Assembly: GCF_001194135.2 (NCBI RefSeq)
Contig: NC_069002.1
Coordinates: 28,638,078-28,678,807 of the forward strand
DNA from: Octopus bimaculoides
Lineage: Eukaryota
Length of the DNA stretch: 40,730 nt
Direction of reading: 5' to 3'
Shown here: positions 12,384 to 22,727 of the stretch, one piece after another
Numbering within the stretch: the stretch's first letter is position 1
Layout: every line of letters starts with the position of its first letter
Notes under the pieces: generated by a model
Seen by the model: only the letters and a program-made list of their open reading frames with translations
Told to the model about the DNA's origin: nothing
The model's database searches: none
Position numbers and translations under genes: made by a program

Positions 12384-13157
12384 TATATTTATCAAAAAAT
12401 TCTTGCCGCATCTCAAGATGGATGACAAACAAATGCTTCTTTTGTCTTAATTGATGTATTTAATCAAGTTAATATTTCCCTTCATTACTACCATAATCCC
12501 GTGTATTTGAGAAATTCTTGATTTCTCTGGCGTAAAATTCTTCAGGCATCGAAGCAAAAAAAAGGACCACCCCCTACACATTATTTTTAATCTCTCCACA
12601 ATTGAAAACAAAATTTTTGTTTTTTCTAAATAACGTTGCAATGATACGAAATGATGGCAGCCAGATGGAGCAAAGTCGGAGCAACGAGAAGGATGATGCA
12701 AAACTTTTATACTCAGCACCATAGTTTTTATCCCATTGGCTTGGTCAATGTGTTGTTGCATTATCACGTAGCAGCAATACTTTTTTTACGATTTATCAAG
12801 GATGGGCGCTCTTCCGATTAATGTTTATGCAATGCTTCCAATTAACGACAAAACTTCGCGTTAACAAAATGTATTTTTGGTTTAACACTAACACTTCATG
12901 ATAGACAATATCTTTCCTATCCCACAAAACAGATCATAACTTTTTTTCTCGTGTAGTCTTGGTTTGGGGATGGACTCCTTTCCACTGGGTACTAACCATC
13001 GCTGATGTCATCGGATACAATTATAGATAATCGTATTTTTCATCACTTGTGATGATTCTACCCAGGAAAGGCACGGTAGCAAGTCTACTATTCATTGGCA
13101 ACTCGAGGGCAACACTTTGGTTAAGCTGAGAAACGGCCAGATGATGAGGTGGCCAAG

Positions 13158-13158
<1 letters not shown>
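12384..13158 (-). pseudogene. Mariner (DD34D) transposase remnant with decayed 3' TIR
   Basis: Minus strand gives WPPHHL (WVPHEL-like, 13138-13155), FLGRIITSDEK, KPRLHEKKVMIC, HPSRCSDFAPSGCHHFVSLQ (YSPDLAPSDYHLF-like) and FFASMPEEFYAREI. There are multiple frameshifts. A TIR-like TATATTTATCAAAAAATTCTTGCCG lies at 12384-12408. Confidence 0.88.
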
Positions 13159-13232
<74 letters not shown>

Positions 13233-13660
13233 TATGCAGGGCAGGGAATCGTCAATTAGTAATAAAATTAATNNNNNNNNNNNNNNNNNNNNNNNNNNNN
13301 NNNNNNNNNNNNNNNNNNNNNNNNNNNNNNNNNNNNNNNNNNNNNNNNNNNNNNNNNNNNNNNNNNNNNNNNNNNNNNNNNNNNNNNNNNNNNNNNNNNN
13401 NNNNNNNNNNNNNNNNNNNNNNNNNNNNNNNNNNNNNNNNNNNNNNNNNNNNNNNNNNNNNNNNNNNNNNNNNNNNNNNNNNNNNNNNNNNNNNNNNNNN
13501 NNNNNNNNNNNNNNNNNNNNNNNNNNNNNNNNNNNNNNNNNNNNNNNNNNNNNNNNNNNNNNNNNNNNNNNNNNNNNNNNNNNNNNNNNTATACAAAATA
13601 GCTACTTGTAAAATTTTGAGAATAGAGTAGAGTAGTAACTATACCAAAATGTAAAGCCAG

Positions 13661-13862
13661 TCGCCACATCAAAGTGGCTGTTGAATGTTACTACTAGTTT
13701 AACCCTGGGCAGATTCTCCGCCAGCTGGTTATCGGTGTGACTCTGCACCCTTTATATACAATATATTGTTAGCAAGAGGAGCGAACCCCTCGCACGGATA
13801 ACCAGCTGGCGTAGAATCTGCCGGGGGTTAAACTAGCAGTAACATTCGCTTTCATGTGGCGA
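13661..13862. mobile_element. Fold-back/MITE-like element with long imperfect inverted repeats
   Basis: 13683-13733 versus the reverse complement of 13797-13847 matches at 47/51. An outer TCGCCACAT(C/G)AAAG match extends the arms to 13661 and 13862. Confidence 0.85.
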
Positions 13863-13868
13863 TTGATT

Positions 13869-13899
<31 letters not shown>

Positions 13900-14544
13900 A
13901 ATGTATGTATGTATGTATGTATTCACTTTGTAAACTTGAAATATTTTTGCCAAGACACACACAATTCTTAAAGAATATATCAACTCTTTGACAAAGCCAG
14001 AATTCAAAGTAAAAATCGAGGACATTAAAGGCTGATGTAAGATTTGAAGTCATTCCAATTTAAAGCAGCGTTGAGCTCCAAGGTGGTAAATACGTAAATC
14101 TTACTGGCATTAATTTCGCTACAAGTATCTTCGATGAGATTTTTAACAGCAGTCCTGTTTAGTTTTTGAAAAGGCCACGTCTCTTAATTGCTAAAGTTCC
14201 CGCGTTGTTCTTGACAACATCATACAATGAAACGCAGTAAAATGTTTGTTGTTTGCTATACTTATTTCTATTCCATTCACAATTCTGTAGTAGGGCTTCG
14301 GTGACCGATGACATCTCATTAATAACTGAACAATGAACATAGCTGTCTCTATTCTCTTAACTTTTATCTCCCTGTCATAAATTGGCAGAATGATATTTGT
14401 TAAGTTAGGTGAAATATTTGACATATCAGTCACCAATAAAGAAACAACGCGGTTTATGCATCTCTTAAATTTTTTTAGCTGTATATTGAATAATAATAAC
14501 ATATAAAATTTGTTGTTGTTATCATTATTATTATTATTATTAAA

Positions 14545-15668
14545 GGCGGTGAGCTGGCAGAATTGTTAGCACACCGGGCGAAATGCTTAGCGTTATTTCG
14601 TCTGCCGTTACGTTCTGAGTTCAAATTCCGCCGAGGTCGACTTTGCCTTTCATCTTTTAGAGGTCGATAAATTTAGTACTGGTTGCGTACTGGGATCAAT
14701 CTAATCGACTGGCCCCCTACCCCAAAATTTCGGGCCTTGTGTCTCGCGTAGAAAAGATTATTATTAAAGGCAACGAGCTGGCAGAAACGTTANNNNNNNN
14801 NNNNNNNNNNNNNNNNNNNNNNNNNNNNNNNNNNNNNNNNNNNNNNNNNNNNNNNNNNNNNNNNNNNNNNNNNNNNNNNNNNNNNNNNNNNNNNNNNNNN
14901 NNNNNNNNNNNNNNNNNNNNNNNNNNNNNNNNNNNNNNNNNNNNNNNNNNNNNNNNNNNNNNNNNNNNNNNNNNNNNNNNNNNNNNNNNNNNNNNNNNNN
15001 NNNNNNNNNNNNNNNNNNNNNNNNNNNNNNNNNNNNNNNNNNNNNNNNNNNNNNNNNNNNNNNNNNNNNNNNNNNNNNNNNNNNNNNNNNNNNNNNNNNN
15101 NNNNTTTTTCCCTTTTGGGGTCGATAAAATAATGCATCACTGAAGTACTGGAGATTGATGTAATCGACTTGCCCCACCCCACCCACCACCCTGAAATTGC
15201 TGGCTTTGCGTCAAAACCTGAAACTTTTATTGCCAGGTGACAGAATCGAGAGAGTGCCGGACCGAATGCTTAGCAGCTTTTCTTCCGATTCTTTGAGTTC
15301 TAAGTTCATATGCAACCGAAGCCAACTTTGCCTTTTGCCGTTCCGGGGTACTTGAATACAGGGGTAGATGTTTTCCACTTGTCTCAGCCCTCTAAAATTG
15401 CTCGCCTTTAGTCATAATTTGAAAGCATTATTATTATTATGACAGCGATAGAACCGGCAAATTCTTTAGCGCGCCGAACAGAATGCTTACCTACATTTCT
15501 CCAACTCTTTACATTGCGAGTTCAAATGCCACCGAAGTCAAATTTACCCTTTTGCCCTTTCAGAATCGATACAATAAAGTACCAGTTGAGCACTTAGGTC
15601 GGTGTAATCAAGTTCCTTTCTCTATAAATATTTCCTCCCTTGTGCCTTTAGGACAAAGAATTATTATT
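14545..15668 (+). mobile_element. Head-to-tail array of at least 4 SINE D copies, each ending in (ATT)n
   Basis: Heads GGCGGTGAGCTGGCAGAA at 14545, 14769, ~15232 and ~15442, each with a GAGTTCAAAT-like B box. Core GACTTTGCCTTTCATC...GGTCGATAAA..AGTAC resembles the Deu/Nin domain as I recall it. Confidence 0.8.
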
Positions 15669-16311
15669 TCAAGTGAATATGAATAAAATCTAGTCTCACA
15701 CATGACTGTTTCTAAAACGTTTTAACATATTGCCAGCGTTAGGTTTTCATCTATCATTATTATTATTATTATTATTATTAGCACAGAGAAACTACTCCGT
15801 AGTATAATCCATTTATTCATAGCAACAGCCACAGCATCTCTCTCGTGTTTGCGATAGAATATCTAATGAAATATGAAGCTATTAACTTTGAAAAGTTCCA
15901 TTCCTTAGGGATCAAACAATCCCTGGTTAATTCGCTTCTTTAGAACTTCACACCCCATTTAACTTTGATAGTTGGGAAAAGCAAGCTCAAGGCGCTTCAA
16001 TATCGGATTTAGACCGTGCAGACGATCAGTTAATCAACACCACAATTTACAATCCCGAATCGAATGACAGAAGTGTCAAGATCGAACGCCTTACATTATA
16101 CGAGAAATACAATTTATTGAAAAATATTTTCCCACAATACCCAGTGGAAATTTTTAAAAAAAGCTCTACTTTCTAGAGATTCTGTTCAATATCTCTTATT
16201 TATTAAGAATGCAATTGTTTGGCGGTGGTAGTAGTAGTAGTTTATTTTAACCCCAGGTCAACTGCTATAGTGTTGACCAATGTTTAAAAGTGATCCAGCA
16301 GTAACTAGCTT

Positions 16312-16868
<557 letters not shown>

Positions 16869-17234
16869 TTTTATTAAGTGACCTCTGTTGGTCAATGTCG
16901 ATCATATAAATGTACATATCGGTGAAGACGTGGACAAGATTTTTTTTTCCAAAATGGCCAGCAGTTGCCCACGCATACAAGCTTCCTCTCTTCAGGTCAG
17001 CAACGTTTATCCAAAGACGTCGATTTGGGCCAATACAACCTAGTACCATTGTTTGTTTGGAAAGCTCTTTGTCAGAATGTAAATAGTTGGAATGGTTACT
17101 GATGGATTCCATTAAACGTAGGCCTCTATCTGGGCTGAGTTGAGACTAAAATAATCAATAAAGACCTCACTCGAACAAGCCATCTCGCCTGACTCCCTAA
17201 CGTTTCCGCTAATCCACCGCCCTGGATTGGTGCT

Positions 17235-17352
17235 TTCCTTAACGACCCTGAATGGATGAAAGTCAAAGTTGTCTTCGAGTATTTGAACTTAGAATCAGAA
17301 AAATACCTCAGAGCATTCTGTCCGTCGCTCTAACGATGCAGATAATTCTCTG
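17235..17352 (-). mobile_element. SINE D, degenerate fragment
   Basis: GACCCTGAATGGATGAAAGTCAAAGTTG...ATTTGAACTTAGAA. Confidence 0.5.
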
Positions 17353-18242
17353 CTTTTTTTTTTTGCAGGTTTTCATACTTATATTTCATTTTAATGTATA
17401 ATCACCATTTAAGATGGATGAGAATTGCTAAACAGTTCTTGACGGTAATCGATAAACTCCTCTTTAAAGGCAACATTTGTTTTCGGGTGTTCAACAGAAA
17501 CAACACTAACTATAGCTATATCCCATCTCAATTCCAACACAATACGCGAACTAAATCTCAAACACTATTTTTGAAAAAGAAACCCAAAAATAACTGAAAG
17601 AGGTACAATGTACGAAAGCAACAACAATAGGAAGGTGTGTTTTTGGAACAAAAAAGTCTCTGAAAACAAATATTTCCAAAAGTACAAAAGGGTTCTTAAA
17701 AATAGAAAAATTGTCAAATTAACTGGGGTTTTTTCTCACATATATAGATTCAATTTGCAAAAGCCACATAATACTGGAGCGTGCTTTTCTAACGAAAATA
17801 TTTCCAAAACTGTCATGTCTTCAAAATGAGAAAAGGTTTCTAAAAATGAAAACAACTTTCAATCTGTTTTTCTTTCTTTCTTTTCTGTTATATATATACA
17901 TATACACACACAGTCACATTTACATAGACCCAGACACACATCTACACAGAAATATTTGTAAAATTGACTTGATAATTAGTTAATTGTATCAGGCTATTTC
18001 CGATTGGAGTGAAAGAAAATCAAAATATAACAAAATTAATATTTATGTGAAATGACTGAAGTGGTTCCGGAAGCTTCTATTTTCATGATGCGTTAAAACG
18101 TCTGTGGTTAGCATTTCATGTTTACAAACAACATCAAAAGGACTAATGTTTTCAAGTTATTCTTACCGTGTCAAAGAATCAAAGACTATCAAAATTCAAT
18201 TTCCGATATATACTATTTTAAACTACACACACACACACACAC

Positions 18243-18281
<39 letters not shown>

Positions 18282-18587
18282 NNNNNNNNNNNNNNNNNNN
18301 NNNNNNNNNNNNNNNNNNNNNNNNNNNNNNNNNNNNNNNNNNNNNNNNNNNNNNNNNNNNNNNNNNNNNNNNNNNNNNNNNNNNNNNNNNNNNNNNNNNN
18401 NNNNNNNNNNNNNNNNNNNNNNNNNNNNNNNNNNNNNNNNNNNNNNNNNNNNNNNNNNNNNNNNNNNNNNNNNNNNNNNNNNNNNNNNNNNNNNNNNNNN
18501 NNNNNNNNNNNNNNNNNNNNNNNNNNNNNNNNNNNNNNNNNNNNNNNNNNNNNNNNNNNNNNNNNNNNNNNNNNNNNNNNNNNNNNN

Positions 18588-18627
<40 letters not shown>

Positions 18628-18628
<1 letters not shown>

Positions 18629-18835
18629 CTTTTATTTCAGTCGTAAGACAGTGGCTCCGCTGGGAGTGTTGCCTTTAAAGGGTTTAGCTGAACAAATGGA
18701 GACCAATGCTTATTGCTTTTGAAGTCTGGTACGTGTTCTAGCCATATCTTCTGTCGAAACGTAAGTTACGGAGATGTAAACAAAATAACACCAGCCATCA
18801 AGTGAGGGTGATGCACACACGTGTATATTAAACAC
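18628..18835 (-). mobile_element. SINE family A 3' half
   Basis: TTTCAGTCGTAAGACAGTGG, TAAGTTACGGAGATGTAAAC, ACACCAGC. Confidence 0.7.
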
Positions 18836-18842
18836 ACACACA

Positions 18843-19177
18843 AGCTGGTTATCGGTGCAATACTGCACCCTATACATATATATATATATTGCCAGCAACT
18901 AGCTATTTTGCTTGTTGCAAATCAGTGACCGATGGTCGCTTTGTTTACAATATATTGCTGGCTGGAGTGGACTCTCTGGCCATCTCTCTGGCGACCAAGT
19001 GTTCGTGACTGAGGATGAGCAAACTGGCTCGAAACCGAATCGGTCTCGCGATTCTGTCGTCTGCTGGAGGATGGTAGGAGTTCGCTCCCCTACTGGCAAT
19101 ATGTATGTACAGGGTGCAGTGCTGCACTGATAATGAGCTGACGGAAGATCAGACTTGGGTTAAACTAGTAGTAACAT
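18843..19177. mobile_element. Fold-back element carrying a hammerhead ribozyme (relative of 13661-13862)
   Basis: 18843-18897 is an imperfect inverted repeat of 19091-19140. The right end GGGTTAAACTAGTAGTAACAT matches 13825-13845. Confidence 0.75.
19003..19051 (+). ncRNA. Type I hammerhead ribozyme, intact core, predicted cleavage after GUC (C19045)
   Basis: Stem I UCGUGA(19003-08)/UCGCGA(19046-51). Core CUGAGGA(19009-15) plus U. Stem II GAGC/GCUC with loop AAACUG. Then GAA, stem III ACCGA-A-UCGGU, and C17. Confidence 0.82.
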
Positions 19178-19266
19178 GGAACAACCATATTGTTGTAGAG
19201 ATCAGCTTTACTTGTTAGTTTACTTACTACTCTCATCTCATTGAGATTTTATAACTAGCTATTTTG

Positions 19267-19301
<35 letters not shown>

Positions 19302-19321
19302 CCGGTGACCTTTCACACATA

Positions 19322-19425
19322 GTTACTATCTATTTCATCCACTCACAAGGTGCCATGCAGTCGGACTGAATCCAAATCTAAGTGGTAAGAAAGCCAGTTT
19401 CTTAACCACACAGCCATGTCTGAGC
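19322..19425 (-). mobile_element. SINE family A head fragment
   Basis: CCACTCACAAGGTGCCATGCAGTCGGACTGAA...TTAACCACACAGCCATG. Confidence 0.65.
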
Positions 19426-20124
19426 ATGCGCACACGCGCGTGTGTGTGTGAGCTCAGGTCAATTCACATCTTATTAAGTCCCAAAATAATCTTCAGACGA
19501 AGATTTTTTATTGGTAAAAAAACCCCCAGATTTCTGTGGAGTCAACTACACCCATATACCTTTGCTGAAACCCACACACAATACATCGCTCCATATCCAT
19601 CCAGGGCCCGAATATTTCTTCGACATTTAATGAAGTATGCAACACGTATTTAAGCATGAAGGAACATATTTCTTTTAACAAAGACCTCGTAAACAAGGAA
19701 TATAACCACAGAATAAAACAATAAGATTTTCAGCACTTTGCGCAAACAACCAGTTGACACACGATGCATTTCTATAGACCGTAAGTGAGAGCGAGGTTAT
19801 TGATGTTAAAACATGAAAAGTATTAACTCATAACAGAAATTTCCACATCAGTGAAGTAGATCAACCTATCTTAAAACGAAAACAAAATGCCGAAGGCTTA
19901 AACAACGCTTTAAACAGCTTTCGCATGTAGCTTCATTTCCCTTCGGCAACATCTGACCAGCAAGGGCGATGCAGCAACTGTAAACTAAGTCTACACGCCT
20001 GAGGCAGAAATCTTGAATATTGAGTAAATAAACGTCTGCTACCCAGATCAGGATAGAAGCTGTACGTGTCGTGATAGTTCGAAAACGTATCAGTGAGTCT
20101 ACGCAGCCGTAAATGCAATAATAT

Positions 20125-20330
20125 TTCTTTTTACTTGTTTCAGTTATTAGACGGTGGCCATGCTGGGGCACCGCCTTGAGGAATTTTAGTCGAATGAAGC
20201 AACACCACTATTGTAATTTTAAAACCTGGTACTTATTTTATCGGTTTTTTTTGTTCGAACCGTTAAGTTACGGGGACGGTAAACACACCAACGCCAGTTG
20301 TCAAATGGCAGTAGAACACGCATACACACA
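20125..20330 (-). mobile_element. SINE family A 3' half
   Basis: TTACTTGTTTCAGTTATTAGACGGTGGCCATGCTGGGGCACCGCC...TAAGTTACGGGGACG. Confidence 0.8.
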
Positions 20331-20719
20331 TATATATATATACCTGTATGTATGTATATATATNNNNNNNNNNNNNNNNNNNNNNNNNNNNNNNNNNNNN
20401 NNNNNNNNNNNNNNNNNNNNNNNNNNNNNNNNNNNNNNNNNNNNNNNNNNNNNNNNNNNNNNNNNNNNNNNNNNNNNNNNNNNNNNNNNNNNNNNNNNNN
20501 NNNNNNNNNNNNNNNNNNNNNNNNNNNNNNNNNNNNNNNNNNNNNNNNNNNNNACACAAATTAAAACATAGGGTAAAAATCAGATATTAATTAATATCGA
20601 TTTATTACCAGGAAGCTAACACATTGAAAGAATCCGAGAGATTCAGAAAAAATATCTGAGATCTAAGAGGATTAAGGTATATTTTTATATATATGAAGTT
20701 GACCAGTAAAGTGGACATT

Positions 20720-20797
20720 TAATATGCTAGAAATAGACCACATGTTGTGTCTACTAAGACCTTAGTAGACACAACATGTGGTCTATTTCTAGCATAT

Positions 20798-20799
<2 letters not shown>
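20720..20799. repeat. Perfect 80-bp palindrome (39-bp arms, 2-nt spacer)
   Basis: TAATATGCTAGAAATAGACCACATGTTGTGTCTACTAAG-ac-CTTAGTAGACACAACATGTGGTCTATTTCTAGCATATTA. Confidence 0.95.
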
Positions 20800-20837
<38 letters not shown>

Positions 20838-20840
<3 letters not shown>

Positions 20841-21378
20841 AGAAAACGTGTCTACGCATCATTAACCACGGCATGTCCAGTATCCACGTAGCGGCTGTTG
20901 ACAGCAAATGGACAGTTTGGCGAGAGGAACACATCCCTTCCACAGAAAGCGGAAGAGCAAGCGCTCAAGCTTCATCAGTCACAAAGCAGGGCAAGGGACG
21001 ACAGTCAGGCGGTAGTAGATGACAGAAATAGTGTACGCATTCGCCACCTTCACCCGACCTTTCAGGGACAGCTTCCTCTCTGCCGATTTCTGGTTGAGAT
21101 TGGCTACCCTGCTCGTTACCGCCAGTTCTTGTTCATCTGGAGGTCCGGACCAAACCAAACATCAAGCAATTTAACCGGCTCTGCCGTCCAGCGCCCTTCA
21201 ACGCTGTCGGTTGCTATGGTCCTGCCTCTCTGGGTGCCCAGTTGCAGGACCACCGACTTGTCCTGATTAACTTTTGCTCCTGTCACAGCTTCGTAATCCC
21301 TTAGGTAGAGCCGATCGCCTCGATTTCCAAGCTGTCCGACACTATAACGGTAACTTCGTCCGCATATGTCGACACGAT
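20838..21378 (-). pseudogene. Tx1/L1-clade LINE ORF2 fragment (RT C-terminal half and thumb)
   Basis: TYADEVTVIVSD (YADE at 21355-21366), then RDYEAVTGAKVNQDKS, VKLLDVWFGPDLQ, RKLSLKGRVKVAN, LERLLFRFLWKG and LDMPWLMMRRH. Frameshifts and a stop are present. Confidence 0.85.
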
Positions 21379-21566
21379 GCCACAAGGGCAGCAATTTTGA
21401 GAGAGGATGAGTAGATTATATCGACGCCAGTGTTTAACTGGTACTTATTTTATCGACTCTGGAAGGATGAAAAGTAAAGTCGGCTTCGGCAGAATTTGAA
21501 CTCAGAACGTTTGAACGAAATGCTGCTAAGCATTTGGCCCGGCGTGCTAACGATTCTGCCAGCTCA
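21378..21566 (-). mobile_element. SINE D copy
   Basis: Reverse complement reads GAGCTGGCAGAATCGTTAGCACGCC...GAGTTCAAATTC...TTCATCCTTCCAGAGTCGATAAAATAAGTACCAG. Confidence 0.85.
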
Positions 21567-21591
21567 ATAATAATTAATTAATTACAATCCT

Positions 21592-21897
21592 CGTAAGTAC
21601 GAAATAGTCCGGTTATTGAAAATGAAGAAGGTGAAGAGAGTGCCAATTATTGTTGGGTCCTTGGGCGACAGTATCAGAAGGTATCAAGAGGATGGTATAA
21701 AGGGGATGGGAACAAAGTGCCCAGTAGAACTGTTACAAAAGGTTTGCCTTCTTGGAACGGCCAGAATAATCAACAAAGTATTAGATAGTTAGAAAGAACA
21801 GATAACATGGTACCGTAGGCTGCAGGCAGCAAGCCTGTTACGCAAGCAAGACTCCAGGAATTACAACAAAACCTGAGATAAAATGTATAAATAATAA
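21592..21897 (+). mobile_element. R4/Dong-type (restriction-like endonuclease) LINE, 5'-truncated 3' end
   Basis: Open frame 21592-21792 reads RKYEIVRLLKMKKVKRVPIIVGSLG...KCPVELLQKVCLLGTARIINKVLDS*, matching the R4/Dong C-terminus (VIPVVIGALG...LQK..LLGTARI.RKVL). A short 3' UTR ends in ATAATAAT. Confidence 0.82.
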
Positions 21898-22295
21898 TCC
21901 TTTCTTCTATAAGTACAACGCCTGAAATTTCGGGNNNNNNNNNNGTGCTCAACTGGTACGTATTTTATCGATCATGTCAGGATGAAAGGCAAAGTCGACC
22001 CAGGCAGCATTTCAACTCAGACATAAAAACAGACGAAATAGCGCTAAATATTTTGCCCGGCGTGCAAACGATTCTGCTGGCTCACCGCCTTAATTTTGGC
22101 ACAAGACCAGCAATTCCGGGAGGCGGGTACGCTGGTAAGTCGATTAAATCGACCCCCAGTACTCAACTGCTTATTTTATCGAACTCGAAAGATTAAAAGG
22201 CAAAGTCGACCTCAGCTAAATTTGAGTTTAGAATGCATAAAGTCGGAAGAAATGCTGCTAAGCATTTTTTACGGCGGACTAACGATTCTGCCTTA
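21898..22295 (-). mobile_element. Two tandem SINE D copies (21898-22095 and 22100-22295)
   Basis: Both contain the Deu-like core (GATGAAAGGCAAAGTCGACC and AAAGGCAAAGTCGACC on the + strand) and a head. Confidence 0.85.
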
Positions 22296-22410
22296 TGCAA
22301 TAATTATAAATAAATAAATAAATAGGTAGGTAGAGATTCAGGTAAGCTATCTAAACACTATAAGTGATGCAGAAACTGTAGGATTATCTAAGGATGTTCC
22401 CTATGTTATA

Positions 22411-22727
22411 GGTAAAGAGTAAAGAACCCCTTTGGTCAAGAATGAGTATGGGATTGCACCTAGAAAGTTACCCTCCAAGGCACAAGTCTGAGCAGGGTTG
22501 TTTCTGGAAGACCAGCAGTCAGCCGTGCATACCAGCCTCCCCTCTCTACACCGCTGATGTTATCCAAGGGTAACGCAAAGGCCGATACAGCTTGGCATCA
22601 GTGACATCGCAACTCATTTCTACAGCTGAGTGAACTGGAGCAACGTGGAATAAAGAGTCTTGCACAGCCCGATCTGGGAATCAAACTCATGATTGTGAGC
22701 CCGATGCTCTAACCACAGAGCCATGCA
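22411..22727 (-). mobile_element. tRNA-derived SINE family C
   Basis: Homologous to 31951-32280: GGATTGCACCTAGAAAGTT tail, GAAGACCAGCAGTC, GAACTGGAGCAACGTG core, and head. Confidence 0.82.

Noticed and set aside
14545-15668. Repeat-spacer-like periodicity suggesting a CRISPR array
   Set aside because: Units are ~210-bp diverged SINE copies with Pol III boxes. There are no short identical repeats with unique spacers, and the context is eukaryotic.
21792-21897. Dong-like LINE as the mobilising partner of SINE D
   Set aside because: The 3' UTR shares no sequence with the SINE D tail, and the tail repeats have opposite polarity ((TAA)n versus (ATT)n).
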